Shown: positions 40,317-50,567 of the stretch, piece by piece
How positions within the stretch are numbered: position 1 is the first letter of the stretch
Layout of the letters: every line of letters begins with the position of its first letter
Position numbers and translations under genes: made by a program
The notes under the pieces: generated by a model
Database searches by the model: none
What the model saw: only the letters and a program-made list of their open reading frames with translations
Told to the model about the DNA's origin: nothing
From: Candidatus Moanibacter sp.
GTDB lineage: Bacteria; Verrucomicrobiota; Verrucomicrobiia; Opitutales; UBA2987
DNA: 64,000 nt
Reading direction: 5' to 3'
Assembly (NCBI GenBank): GCA_965215885.1
Contig: CBDCEW010000084.1
Coordinates: 1-64,000 of the forward strand

Positions 40317-41729
40317 CTACTTCAACAATCGGCGCCACCGCGCGATCTGTTTACGCACTTCACGGGGCCCGGGCATTCCGGTTTGCTCACGCTTTTTAAG
40401 AGACTGCGTCGCGTCAAAGACCGACTTCCAATCGCTCCCCAGTTTCTTGTGCATCTCCCGAACCATTCCATCGTCGAGTTCGGTAAGCGCCACGCCGCGC
40501 TCTTCCGCCAGCGCGACAAGACGACCCACGCATTGATGGGCCTCCCTGAATGACACCTTCCGCTCAACGAGATAATCGACGAGGTCGGTAGCGAGCAGAT
40601 TCGGATCGGAAACCGCCGCTCTGCAGTTATCCTCATTAAACAAAATCTCTTTCACCACGGCTGCGAGAACATCAAGACACGATAATGTCTGATCGAAGGA
40701 GTCAAAGACGGGAGGTTTATCCTCCTGCAGGTCCCGGTTGTAAGTGAGGGGCAGCCCCTTCACGAGCGAGAGTAGCGTTTGAAGATTTCCCTGGAGTCGT
40801 GCTGCCTTGCCCCGGATCAATTCAAGCGAATCGGGATTCTTCTTCTGTGGCATGATGCTCGAGCCTGTGGAAAATGCATCAGGCAGGACGATGAATCCAA
40901 ACTCGTCGCTGCTCCACAGTATGAGATCTTCCGCAACCCGGGATAAATGGGTTCCACAGAGCGCGCAGGCGCTCGCGAACTCGATATAAAGGTCTCGGTC
41001 GGCCACGGCGTCCATGCTGTTTCGGGTCAGCTGCGGACGACCTTTTCTGTCAACAAAGCCCAATTCCACGGCCAGAAATTCCCTATCGATCGGCAAGGTT
41101 GTTCCAGCGAGGGCGCCGGACCCAAGCGGACAGACGTTTGCATTATCACGAACAGCAGAAAACCGTTCGCGATCACGCTGAAACATCTCGACATAGGCCA
41201 GGAGATGGTGCGCCGCGGATACCGGCTGCGCCCTCTGTAAATGCGTGTAGCCAGGAAGTGGGAGTCCCCGATATTTGTCCGCCTGGTCGATAAGGCCACC
41301 GAGGAGCGCTCGCAGCGCCTCCACCAATTCCGCACAACTCCACCTAAAAAACAGCCGCATATCGGTCACGACCTGGTCGTTACGGCTTCTCCCCGCGTGC
41401 AGTTTCGCCGCTGCCGGAACGCGACGCGTGAGGGCAAACTCAATATTCATATGAATGTCTTCCAGTTCCGCCTTCCATCGGAAGCGTCCGCTCTCAATCT
41501 GCACCAGGATAGCATCCAGCCCGCGATGAATCGCAGTGCGCTCCTTTGCCGTCAAAAGGCCGACCCTGCACAACATGGAGGCATGTGCTCTGCTCACCGC
41601 TACGTCGAAACAGGCAAGTCGCGCATCAAAGGAAATCGACTCACCAAACCCTACCATAAGCGAGTCCGCTCGACCCTTAAATCGCCCGCCCCATATCGCT
41701 TGCTTACTCTTCGGCATTTGGCCGCACAA
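40317..41729 (-). CDS. argH: Argininosuccinate lyase (start may be 41717)
   Basis: [36 protein letters not shown]. Confidence 0.97.
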   Translation of the reverse strand: MCGQMPKSKQAIWGGRFKGRADSLMVGFGESISFDARLACFDVAVSRAHASMLCRVGLLTAKERTAIHRGLDAILVQIESGRFRWKAELEDIHMNIEFALTRRVPAAAKLHAGRSRNDQVVTDMRLFFRWSCAELVEALRALLGGLIDQADKYRGLPLPGYTHLQRAQPVSAAHHLLAYVEMFQRDRERFSAVRDNANVCPLGSGALAGTTLPIDREFLAVELGFVDRKGRPQLTRNSMDAVADRDLYIEFASACALCGTHLSRVAEDLILWSSDEFGFIVLPDAFSTGSSIMPQKKNPDSLELIRGKAARLQGNLQTLLSLVKGLPLTYNRDLQEDKPPVFDSFDQTLSCLDVLAAVVKEILFNEDNCRAAVSDPNLLATDLVDYLVERKVSFREAHQCVGRLVALAEERGVALTELDDGMVREMHKKLGSDWKSVFDATQSLKKREQTGMPGPREVRKQIARWRRLLK

Positions 41730-41783
41730 TCACATCCTTCTATTTTGAAGGCAAGCACTTTGGGCGTTAGAGAAGCGGGCTAG

Positions 41784-43678
41784 CAGGGTAAAAGGATTCC
41801 AGGAAGCAACTAGCTGATAAGCAAGAAGATAAAAAAAGAGCTAAACAAACCCGAGGGAATCAGTCATGTTAAGATGGGATGAAAGACAAAAAATCTTACC
41901 AACTGAATCCTTCGATAGATCGTTTAACTCTGCGTCTGGTCCTGCCCGAAGAGCAGGAGCGATTCAATGATCTATTGAAACAACATCATTATTTACACAG
42001 TGCGGGCAGCGCAGGAGAGACCCTGCGCTATGTGGCGCAGATCGACGGGCAATGGATGGGCCTGCTCTTGTGGGGGGCCGCATCCTACCGGCTGAAGGAT
42101 CGAGACGAATGGATCGGGTGGGACGGGGCGCAACGGCATGCACGATTGAAACTGGTAGTACAGAACCGGCGTTTTCTGATTTTGCCCGGGGTGGATCTTG
42201 CAAATTTGGCCTCCAAGACGTTGGGTATGTGCCTGAGAGTCTTAGCCGATCACTGGCAGGAGGCTTTTGGCTATCGTCCCTTAGTAGCGGAAACGTTCGT
42301 GGACCCACAGATTCACCGGGGCACTTGCTACGAAGCGAGCGGGTGGACGCCCTTGGGCTTGAGCGCGGGATATGGCCGCCAACGCGAAGATTTCTATCAA
42401 CGCCATGAGCGTCCCAAGCAGATCTGGGTCAAACCCCTCAAGGCTAATGCCCTTGAGCTTTTGCGCGCTTCAGGGCCATTGCCCGCGGCACAGAGCCAGG
42501 CGCTCAATGAAACCGATAACTCCCATGCGGTCTGCCTCAAAGTGGAACAGATGAGCAGCCTGTGGGAACGCTTCAATCAGATAGAAGACTTCCGTCGTAA
42601 AGCGGGCCTTAGATATCGGCTCGCCACGGTCCTGAGCATGATTGTGCTCGGCACGATGTGCGGCAAACAGACCCTCAAGGGCATCGTGCGCCTGGCCCAT
42701 CATCTCAATCAAGCCCAATTGCGCGCCTTACGCTCCTGGAAAAACCCCAAAACAGGCCGCTATAAGGCCCCTTGCTATGATGTCTTCTATCGGGTCTTGC
42801 AAAACGTAAAGGCCGAGCTCTTCGATAAAACCCTCACCGAATTCATCTGCTTACAAGACGGCTGTTTGCCCCGCGATATTGCCGTCGACGGCAAGACCCT
42901 CAAAGGCACAAACACCGAAGAATCAAAGGCTCTGCACCTGGTGGCCGCAGTCGATCACCAAAGCGCTCAAACCTTAGCCCAAGTCGCTACCGCCGATAAA
43001 TCCAACGCGATCACCGCCGCCCAGACTCTCTTGCGAAAGATGCCCATTTTGGACGGCTCCACCTTCACCTTCGACGCCATGCATAATCAAAAAGAAACTG
43101 CCCACATCGTCGTCGAAGAACTCAGTGCTGACTATGTTATTCAAATTAAAGACAATCAGCCCAACATGCATCAATACGCTCAGAATCTCTTCAGCTCCAC
43201 CCCCTTTTTCTCCACCAAACCGTGGACAATGACCATGGGCGACTCGAAATACGTCAAATAGCAACCCATTCTCTAAGCGCTCCCTCTGCCGGCCTGCCCC
43301 ATGCCCGCCAGTTCGCCTGTGTGCAACGCACCTTCCATTATCCAAACAAAGCTGAACCTTCCTCTGAACGCTCTTACTACGTAAGCAGTCTCGATCCCGC
43401 CGATTTGAGCCCTCAACAGTTCCTCTCGAAAATTCGCAACCATTGGTCGATCGAAAATAAAAATCATTACCCCAAGGGATCGCTTCTTCGATGAAGATCG
43501 ATGTATGATCCGTAATCATAACGCAGCCAGAATTCTTGCTGCATGCAGGCAACTGGTTCTCAGCCTCAAGTCTTCCATGGGCGCTGAATCCACTCCCGCA
43601 CTCTGTGATGATTTCGTCTTTAACTTACATAAGGCCATCAATATCATCACCTAATGCTCCGAGAATCAAAATACCGTG
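41784..43678 (+). mobile_element. ISAs1-family element with a DUF4338 (DruA-like) N-terminal fusion
   Basis: Ends CAGGGTAAAAGGATTC / GAATCAAAATACCGTG (imperfect IR); no TSD visible. Confidence 0.85.
41879..43654 (+). pseudogene. DUF4338-ISAs1 transposase in three frames (41879..~43205, ~43205..~43472, ~43472..43654)
   Basis: HHYL, RD.WIGW, ETFVD and GTCY.A.GW (DUF4338); AVDGKTL, FDAMH, HGRLE.R, HWSIEN and FDED (ISAs1). Confidence 0.85.
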
Positions 43679-43915
43679 GGAGTGTTGGTTCTGACTGACG
43701 CATACTATCCTCTTTGGAAAGGTCAACTGGATGGCAAACCTACCCGGGTGTATCCAGTCAACCACCTATTCAGAGGGCTTCTTTTACCTGCAGGTGAACA
43801 TGATGTGGTATTCAAGGTTGACAGGCCGGTTTTTCTTATTGGCATCATCATTTCACTATTGTCCTTAGCATTTCTTATCGGAATAGGATTTTATGGCAAA
43901 AAATCCTCTCAATAA
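43679..43915 (+). pseudogene. YfhO C-terminal fragment, truncated by the ISAs1 end
   Basis: Same protein fragment as 15112..15348. Confidence 0.8.
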
Positions 43916-44109
43916 GAAAGCGGAAGTTAAGCGAACGGGTTGAACGACACTCATAAAAAGCTGACTCCCTTCAGCCCGCCGCCGTTCCGCCGCGCGATAC
44001 CTTTATCGGCTTGGATAAAACAAGCCGGCAACGGTAAATAGAGATCTCAATATCAGATTTATGGAACGCTCAAACAAGAGTGTTCCGTATCCCGAGAGGA
44101 GGCGGGGTA

Positions 44110-44727
44110 TCAGATGAGCTCTTCGATTCGTGCGCGAAGCTCGGAGTGGTCGGTTGTGACGGGAAAGTCGGGATATTCCGTCTGCATCCTGTCCGGAGGA
44201 CAAAAGAGAATACTATGGTCAGCGGCTTGGAGCATGCTCAGGTCGTTGTAAGAATCTCCCGCGGCGATGACCTCGAAGTTCAACTTTTGAAAAGCGATGA
44301 CTGCATTTCGTTTCTGATCCTGTTGCCGCAGCCGGTAGTCAACAATTCGGCCGCAATCATCGATCACGAGATTGTGGCAGAAGAGGGTTGGATAACCCAG
44401 CTGCTTCATGAGGGGAGCGGCAAATTCCGCAAAGGTATCGGAGAGAACAACGAGTCGAGTTTCCGATATTAACCAACGGGTAAAATCCAGCGCGCCCGGG
44501 AGTGGCTCCAGTGAGCCGATGACCTCTTGTATCAGGTCGATTCCAATGTTGTGACGAGAGAGAATATCCAGCCGGAAACGCATCAACCTGTCATAATCGG
44601 GCTCATCGCGGGTGGTTCGCCTGAGTTCAGCAATACCGGTCTTTTCCGCGACCGCGATCCAGATTTCGGGAAGGAGGACGCCTTCCAGGTCCAGGCAAAC
44701 CAGATGCATGCGACCAGTCGATTTCAC
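44110..44727 (-). CDS. thrH: Phosphoserine phosphatase/homoserine phosphotransferase, copy 2
   Basis: One aa difference from 14300..14917. Confidence 0.93.
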   Translation of the reverse strand: MKSTGRMHLVCLDLEGVLLPEIWIAVAEKTGIAELRRTTRDEPDYDRLMRFRLDILSRHNIGIDLIQEVIGSLEPLPGALDFTRWLISETRLVVLSDTFAEFAAPLMKQLGYPTLFCHNLVIDDCGRIVDYRLRQQDQKRNAVIAFQKLNFEVIAAGDSYNDLSMLQAADHSILFCPPDRMQTEYPDFPVTTDHSELRARIEELI

Positions 44728-45047
44728 ACCCTACGGTAAAGTCAAGCGGGAATTCGGCAGGGTTCTTCACTAGCCTGAAGATTTCACGGCTTTGGCGCAA
44801 ACGGAGTTAAGAAGATGGAGACGAATTGGTAGCGAATGCGGGGAGAAACACAGCCTGTCTTCGCTCGAGATTGCGCCAAAGCTCACATCTCTTGAGGTTT
44901 GCCCGCAAGTATGCAATGCTGGCAGCATGCCCGAGCGGATATGCCACCAGGACTAGGGGCCGGTATAATTGGCTTGATCTTTATCGTACCATTTTCGGAA
45001 GTTGCTCGATTTCAGTGCATTTTTTTTGAGGATGCAAAATTGAATAA

Positions 45048-45716
45048 ATGAATCGTCTTAAAAGCGCAGATTCCGTTATTTCTCTGCCCGAGTTTTGTAT
45101 CAACCTGGTGATAGCTTTAGTAATCAGCACTCTGGTTGGACAGCTCTACATACGATATGGACGCTCGCTATCAAACCGTCGTAGATTTGCCAAGTCATTC
45201 GTCCTGTTGTGTGTGGTTACGACGCTGATAATATCGGTAGTGAGTTCATCCCTGGCTCTCTCTCTGGGGCTTGTGGGCGCTCTTTCGATTGTCCGGTTCC
45301 GCGCGGCCATAAAAGACCCTGAAGAATTAGTCTACCTTTTTCTGATCATCGCGTTTGGCGTGGGACTGGGCGGCAACCGGCCGGTCCTTACTTTAGTCGG
45401 CTTTCTCGTCGCCGCTTTCGTGATTCGATTACAGGCGTTCGATGAAAAGGGTTCCGAGGCGACGCATAAGGTTTTGAGCATTTGCTCACCAAAATTACCG
45501 GCGAGTGATTTGAAACAGATACCTCAGCTACTACGACCTCATTGCACAGGCGTTTCTCTAAAACGGTTCGATGAAAACGAAGATGGTATGGAAGCCGTAT
45601 TCCTGATAGGCGTAGAAAGCTGCGATGCGCTTATGAGTTGCAAAGAGGCGTTGGAGAGTGCGTTCACAGAAATTAGAGTGTCCTTTTTTGATTCGGCGTT
45701 TCTTACAGAGGATTAG
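45048..45716 (+). CDS. DUF4956 family protein, copy 2 (different N-terminus because of a ~50-bp deletion)
   Basis: GLVGALSIVRFR motif. Confidence 0.88.
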   Translation: MNRLKSADSVISLPEFCINLVIALVISTLVGQLYIRYGRSLSNRRRFAKSFVLLCVVTTLIISVVSSSLALSLGLVGALSIVRFRAAIKDPEELVYLFLIIAFGVGLGGNRPVLTLVGFLVAAFVIRLQAFDEKGSEATHKVLSICSPKLPASDLKQIPQLLRPHCTGVSLKRFDENEDGMEAVFLIGVESCDALMSCKEALESAFTEIRVSFFDSAFLTED

Positions 45717-45758
45717 GACTGACGAAGAGGGAGATATAACGAACTGCCAGATGCCGTA

Positions 45759-48700
45759 ATGATGCGTCTCAATCCTGGATCAGCGCGGGTTTTGAAGTAC
45801 TCTTTGGTGGTGCTGTTGTTACCGGTTATTTTGATTACCCTGGCCCTCTTCTTCGACTATTTCGAATGGGTAGGTATTAAGGACTATCTGTCCCGGGATT
45901 TTGCCATCGAATCCGAGGATTTGGTTTTTTTTGGAATTGCGTTGCTGGTTTTCTCTTCCCCGTTCGTTGTCAGGCGGTGGGTTCGTTCGTTGAATCTATT
46001 TCTCTCAATGCGGTCTTCCAGACCCGAAGCTCTTTTGATTTCCAGGGATCAGGACAGGAAAGAGGGGAAAGGAACTTCACCAGCTTTACACAATGCACCG
46101 AATGCTATTTTCGCTTTGTTGCTTCTTTCGTTTGCCGTAGCTGCCTTCGCACCGGATTGGGCGAAGAGCGGGGTCTACCATACCATGGCTTCTGCACTCA
46201 ATCCGTTTGCGGAAGAATTCGTTACGCCGGCAGAACGTTCCATCAACGTAGTTCCCAGTCCGGATAGGCAAGGTGACAGTCTTGAGAAGACAAAGCTTCC
46301 TGTGATCGAGCTAACAATTCCCGAGTTGAGTATGCAGACATTGCTCAAGGCCATTCCGGAAATCGATCCGAACATCAACAAAGTCACAAACTTTTCCAGG
46401 TTTGCCGGTGTTGACGGCCCACAGTGGCCTTGGGTCCCCGCAGCGCTGACTTACGGGAGAAGAACCTATGACGTGGAAGTTCGTTTTCGTGGATGGAACA
46501 TGGATCACTTTATGGTTCAGAAGAAATCCTGGCGAGTAAAGTTTCCTAAAGACAACCTGTTTTACGGTCTCCGTGAGATTAATATCATAAATCAGCGGGA
46601 CCATACCGCTGTAATTGATGTTTTGCGGAGTGAATTATTGCGGGATTCCGGGTTACTGGTGCCAACGCAGTTCATGGTGCATCTCCGCATCAACGGCAGG
46701 TTTGCGGGTATTCAGACGTATCTTGAGCAGCCTGGAGAGCGCTTTTTTATCAAGCATAACCGAGCGGTGGGAGACTTTTACGGAGAGAAGAAACCGATTG
46801 ATTCGAAGAAGGGATTCTTAAATCCCGATAGTTGGCAGAAGTATTCGGCATGGAAGGATAGGCACTCATTTGAGAATTTGATGGAATTATACCGGGCAAT
46901 CTTCAGTAAGGGCAGACCCGGGTATAAGGAGAAGATCGAGGAGATTCTCGACATTGACCAGTATCTCACGTTTTGCGCGCATGCAGCCATTATGGCGCGC
47001 CTAAATCATTCCGGGCATAATATACGATGGATCTTTGATCCAGTTTCAGGGAAGTTTCAGATCGTTCCATGGTACCAGGGGCCGACCACGTATAGAAGTG
47101 GCAATGATTTCAGGCTGATAAAGAGGCTGGGTTGGAAAGTTTACCCACTTGGTCTTGCCATAAACGATGATATGGATGGCCTGTTTCATTTAGAGGATTT
47201 CCGCGAGAGGTATTATTCGAGGACCTGGGAACTCCTAACCTCCAGCCATGAACGAAGCCGAATCCTGGCGAAAATAGATGAACTTTATGAACTGGTTAAA
47301 GAGGATGTTTATGCCGACTCTCGTATACACTATAGTCCATACGTTCAGATGTATATCAGTAATGAGCAGTGGGAAGAAAGCATTTCGCGCCTGAAGGAGT
47401 TGGTGGTATTGCGAGATCAATATCTGAAGTCGGAGTTTAACCGCTGCGATTTAACCGTATCGGCAAAGCCATCCGGCCCAAGGGAATTCGTGGCCGAATC
47501 TCTGTTGGGTGCGTTGACTTTATTAGGTAGAATCGAACTAGCGAGCAGCGAACACATAGCCCCGTATGTTGAAACTCTGAGGATCGGAATTAGAGGATTA
47601 CAGTTAGAATCCATTGAGGACCTCATAGTTCTCGATTCGAAGAGTGGTCAGCAATTTAAGGCCATTAGCGAATCAAATGGGAATGGCGAAGAGATGCTGG
47701 TTTCGTTCAAAATTGCTCGGTCCTTCCCATCGCGCGTCTCCGGGATCCCCTACCAGGTGCCGCTTGAGAATGGGATCTTTGTGTCACCGTACCCAATGGA
47801 AACTGGGAAGCTTTATACCCCTCAGAAGACGATTCATACTCTCTCATTGGCGCTCAGAGGGAAAAGGGTCCTGCCGAGTACAGTTGCATGGGAGGTACTA
47901 TCAGTGGCAGCGAGAAATTCTGTCACCGGTGATCCGTTGCCCTCAGGAGTGTCTCCCGAGCAGGCACATTCCGGATCGAGAGTAGAGAGCGGTATGACTC
48001 GAACGATGGAATTGGTTTCACATCCTCGCACGCCGGAGGGCACTTTATCGGAACGGAAACCTGACGGCATTGGGAAGCTGCAGCCAGGCATTGCGCAGTT
48101 TCAAAAGACTGTGGTGTGGAGTCGCGGTAAAAGAGTGTTAGAGGAGGATTATGTGGTTGAAAAAGGGACGAAATTGATCGTCGAGGCGGGAGCGGTGATC
48201 GCGATCAGGGAGGGGCGTTCGTTATTGGTGAAAGGCTTGATCGAAGCGAAAGGTACCCCGCAAGAACCCATCCTGTTTACGTCCGAAAACCCAGGTGAAT
48301 ATTGGGGAGTTATTGCCGTGGCAACTCAAAGGCAAGGAATGAATGTATTTCAAAATTGTATCTTCGAGTACGGGAGTAATGCGACTTTGGGACGGGTAGA
48401 TTATACCGGGGTTGTCTCCCTTTATTTCTCCGAGGGGACGGTTGAGGAGTGTATCTTTCGCGACAACCGCGCGGACGATGCGATCAACTCGAAGTATGCG
48501 TCACCGACGATATCAAATTGCCGCTTCGTTCGCAATCTCGACGCTGTCGACATAGATTTTGGTGGAGGTATTGTTAAGAACTGCACCTTTCGCGACAGTC
48601 GCGACGATGCCATCGATTTGTCCTCATCTTGGGCGATTATAAGAGATAACCGGATCTATGGTGGCGGCGATAAAGGTATTTCGATCGGTGAGAAATCCTT

Positions 48701-49127
48701 TCCCAAAGTCTACAACAATTTGATTCTTGACTGTAATATTGGAATTGCCATCAAAGATCTTTCTGAACCCGTTATGATTAATAATACGGTGACTCGAAAT
48801 AAGTGGGGTTTGGCTCTTTATAGAAAGAAATTTGAATTTGGTCCGAGCAAAGGAGAGCTTATTAACTCTATCGTTTTTGGCAATCGAACCGACGTCATCA
48901 TTGAAAAGGGATCTCACATTTGGGCGTCTAACAGTCACATTGGACAGCGAGTGGCCGGTCCAGATAATTCGAGCGATCCGCCACTTTTTTTAGATCCCGG
49001 CAGGCGTGATTTTCGTCTGTCGGATGACTCCCCCTGCCTCGGAAAAGGAAACGGGTATTTGGTGAGTTACTATGGGGTAAAGGGGTCGCAGCGATTGTGG
49101 AATGTGGGATGTGAATACGATGATTAG
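45759..49127 (+). CDS. CotH kinase / beta-helix protein, copy 2
   Basis: Four aa differences from 7927..11295. Confidence 0.85.
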   Translation: MMRLNPGSARVLKYSLVVLLLPVILITLALFFDYFEWVGIKDYLSRDFAIESEDLVFFGIALLVFSSPFVVRRWVRSLNLFLSMRSSRPEALLISRDQDRKEGKGTSPALHNAPNAIFALLLLSFAVAAFAPDWAKSGVYHTMASALNPFAEEFVTPAERSINVVPSPDRQGDSLEKTKLPVIELTIPELSMQTLLKAIPEIDPNINKVTNFSRFAGVDGPQWPWVPAALTYGRRTYDVEVRFRGWNMDHFMVQKKSWRVKFPKDNLFYGLREINIINQRDHTAVIDVLRSELLRDSGLLVPTQFMVHLRINGRFAGIQTYLEQPGERFFIKHNRAVGDFYGEKKPIDSKKGFLNPDSWQKYSAWKDRHSFENLMELYRAIFSKGRPGYKEKIEEILDIDQYLTFCAHAAIMARLNHSGHNIRWIFDPVSGKFQIVPWYQGPTTYRSGNDFRLIKRLGWKVYPLGLAINDDMDGLFHLEDFRERYYSRTWELLTSSHERSRILAKIDELYELVKEDVYADSRIHYSPYVQMYISNEQWEESISRLKELVVLRDQYLKSEFNRCDLTVSAKPSGPREFVAESLLGALTLLGRIELASSEHIAPYVETLRIGIRGLQLESIEDLIVLDSKSGQQFKAISESNGNGEEMLVSFKIARSFPSRVSGIPYQVPLENGIFVSPYPMETGKLYTPQKTIHTLSLALRGKRVLPSTVAWEVLSVAARNSVTGDPLPSGVSPEQAHSGSRVESGMTRTMELVSHPRTPEGTLSERKPDGIGKLQPGIAQFQKTVVWSRGKRVLEEDYVVEKGTKLIVEAGAVIAIREGRSLLVKGLIEAKGTPQEPILFTSENPGEYWGVIAVATQRQGMNVFQNCIFEYGSNATLGRVDYTGVVSLYFSEGTVEECIFRDNRADDAINSKYASPTISNCRFVRNLDAVDIDFGGGIVKNCTFRDSRDDAIDLSSSWAIIRDNRIYGGGDKGISIGEKSFPKVYNNLILDCNIGIAIKDLSEPVMINNTVTRNKWGLALYRKKFEFGPSKGELINSIVFGNRTDVIIEKGSHIWASNSHIGQRVAGPDNSSDPPLFLDPGRRDFRLSDDSPCLGKGNGYLVSYYGVKGSQRLWNVGCEYDD

Positions 49128-49818
49128 GTCGCCTGAGGAAGGGTTGAGCTTTCGAGAGGAGCGGAAGTTTGTCATACCCCGTGGCGACTGTCGGGAGATT
49201 GAGGGTATGATCAGAATCTCGCCCGCGATGTTTTCTGAGAACTTTCCACCCCGATGGGTAAATAGCATCTACCTAGATACTTATGATTTTCTGAATCATA
49301 CCGAACACCTTGCAGGAGTCTGCGATCGAGCCAAACATCGAGTTCGGTGGTACGGTAGTCTTCGAGGAAAAATCACGAGTCCGGTTCTTGAGGAAAAAAT
49401 GCGCTTCAGCATTTTAGGAGCGAAGAGAAGGTACCGATTGCCGGAGTTTAACTTTGATGGGCGTATATCTTCTTCTATCCTCCACTCGAAACTTAGGGAA
49501 GGGGAGGTTGATCCTCGTATTTTGGAAGTTTGCCTTAAGAAGATCTTAACCATTGTTACTCGCTACCGGCGAAAGTATTTTGTATCGCGTGATGGAAGAT
49601 ATCGAGTAACGATCGACTGGGGGCTCGAATATTACGGAGTTCAAGCAGGTGGGTGCGGTTTTCGAAGAGGTAGAAAAGAATCCACCGTTATTGTTGAGCT
49701 TAAATATGATCCGGAATTCAGTGACGACGTGCATCGAGTAGTTTCTAAGATGCCGTTTCGAATTGTCAGGAACTCAAAATATATGAGAGGCGTCAGCTCG
49801 ATTTATGGCATCGAATGA
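49120..49818 (+). CDS. VTC (polyphosphate polymerase) domain protein, intact
   Basis: REERKF, VNSIYLD, R.KHRVRWYG, RVTID, VELKY, SKY..G. Confidence 0.88.
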   Translation: MIRSPEEGLSFREERKFVIPRGDCREIEGMIRISPAMFSENFPPRWVNSIYLDTYDFLNHTEHLAGVCDRAKHRVRWYGSLRGKITSPVLEEKMRFSILGAKRRYRLPEFNFDGRISSSILHSKLREGEVDPRILEVCLKKILTIVTRYRRKYFVSRDGRYRVTIDWGLEYYGVQAGGCGFRRGRKESTVIVELKYDPEFSDDVHRVVSKMPFRIVRNSKYMRGVSSIYGIE

Positions 49819-49877
49819 ATTGGCGTTATGTTCCTAAACAATGCAATTCACAGCCACGTCTTCACCGGTGGAGAAAA

Positions 49878-50564
49878 TCAGGCTGAAGGTGGAGGTTGCC
49901 TTCCCTGGTTGCCTTCGATGATTTGAGAAATTTGCTCCACGACCTCTACAAGGGGTATTTTCGAATTGTTGATTCGTATTGCTCCCTGGGGGCAGTGGAG
50001 AGGAGCCAGATTTCGCGTGGAGTCGGTTTTGTCGCGCTCTTCGATGGGATCCCGAAGGCCTTCTTTTGAACGACGGCGGGCTCTGGTCTCTTGATCGGCT
50101 TCCAGGTAGAATTTGAAGTCCGCATCGGGAAAGACGACCGATCCGATGTCCCGGCCTTCCATAACAATGCCGTGGAATTCGTGATTCCGGGCGAATGAGG
50201 CGAGGCTGCGCTGATAATCAAGCAAGAACTGCCTTACCTGGGGAACGGCCGAGAATTGAGAAACCTCCCGGTTTACCTGGGGGCTCCTCAACTCTTGCGA
50301 GGTGGGCGAAAATCCGGATAAGCGAATACGAGCGCTTCGACTCCGGACGACAGTATCGATCTGTATTTTGTTTAAATCTGATCCCAACTTACCAGAGTTT
50401 TCAGAACTCAGACCTCTATTAAGGCAGAAGTAGGTGACGGCTCGATAGTGGGAACCGGTATCGACGTAGAGCAATTTGAAGCGTTCGGCGATGAGGCGCG
50501 CAGTGGAAGACTTACCGGATGCGGCCCCTCCATCAATAGCGATGATTTTGAATTCTTCCGGCAT
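49878..50564 (-). CDS. cmk: Cytidylate kinase, copy 2
   Basis: As 4579..5268. Confidence 0.95.
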   Translation of the reverse strand: MPEEFKIIAIDGGAASGKSSTARLIAERFKLLYVDTGSHYRAVTYFCLNRGLSSENSGKLGSDLNKIQIDTVVRSRSARIRLSGFSPTSQELRSPQVNREVSQFSAVPQVRQFLLDYQRSLASFARNHEFHGIVMEGRDIGSVVFPDADFKFYLEADQETRARRRSKEGLRDPIEERDKTDSTRNLAPLHCPQGAIRINNSKIPLVEVVEQISQIIEGNQGRQPPPSA

Positions 50565-50567
50565 TGT

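Noticed and set aside
41879..42500. Druantia anti-phage system
   Set aside because: The DUF4338 domain is fused to an ISAs1 transposase, and no DruE helicase or other dru genes are present.
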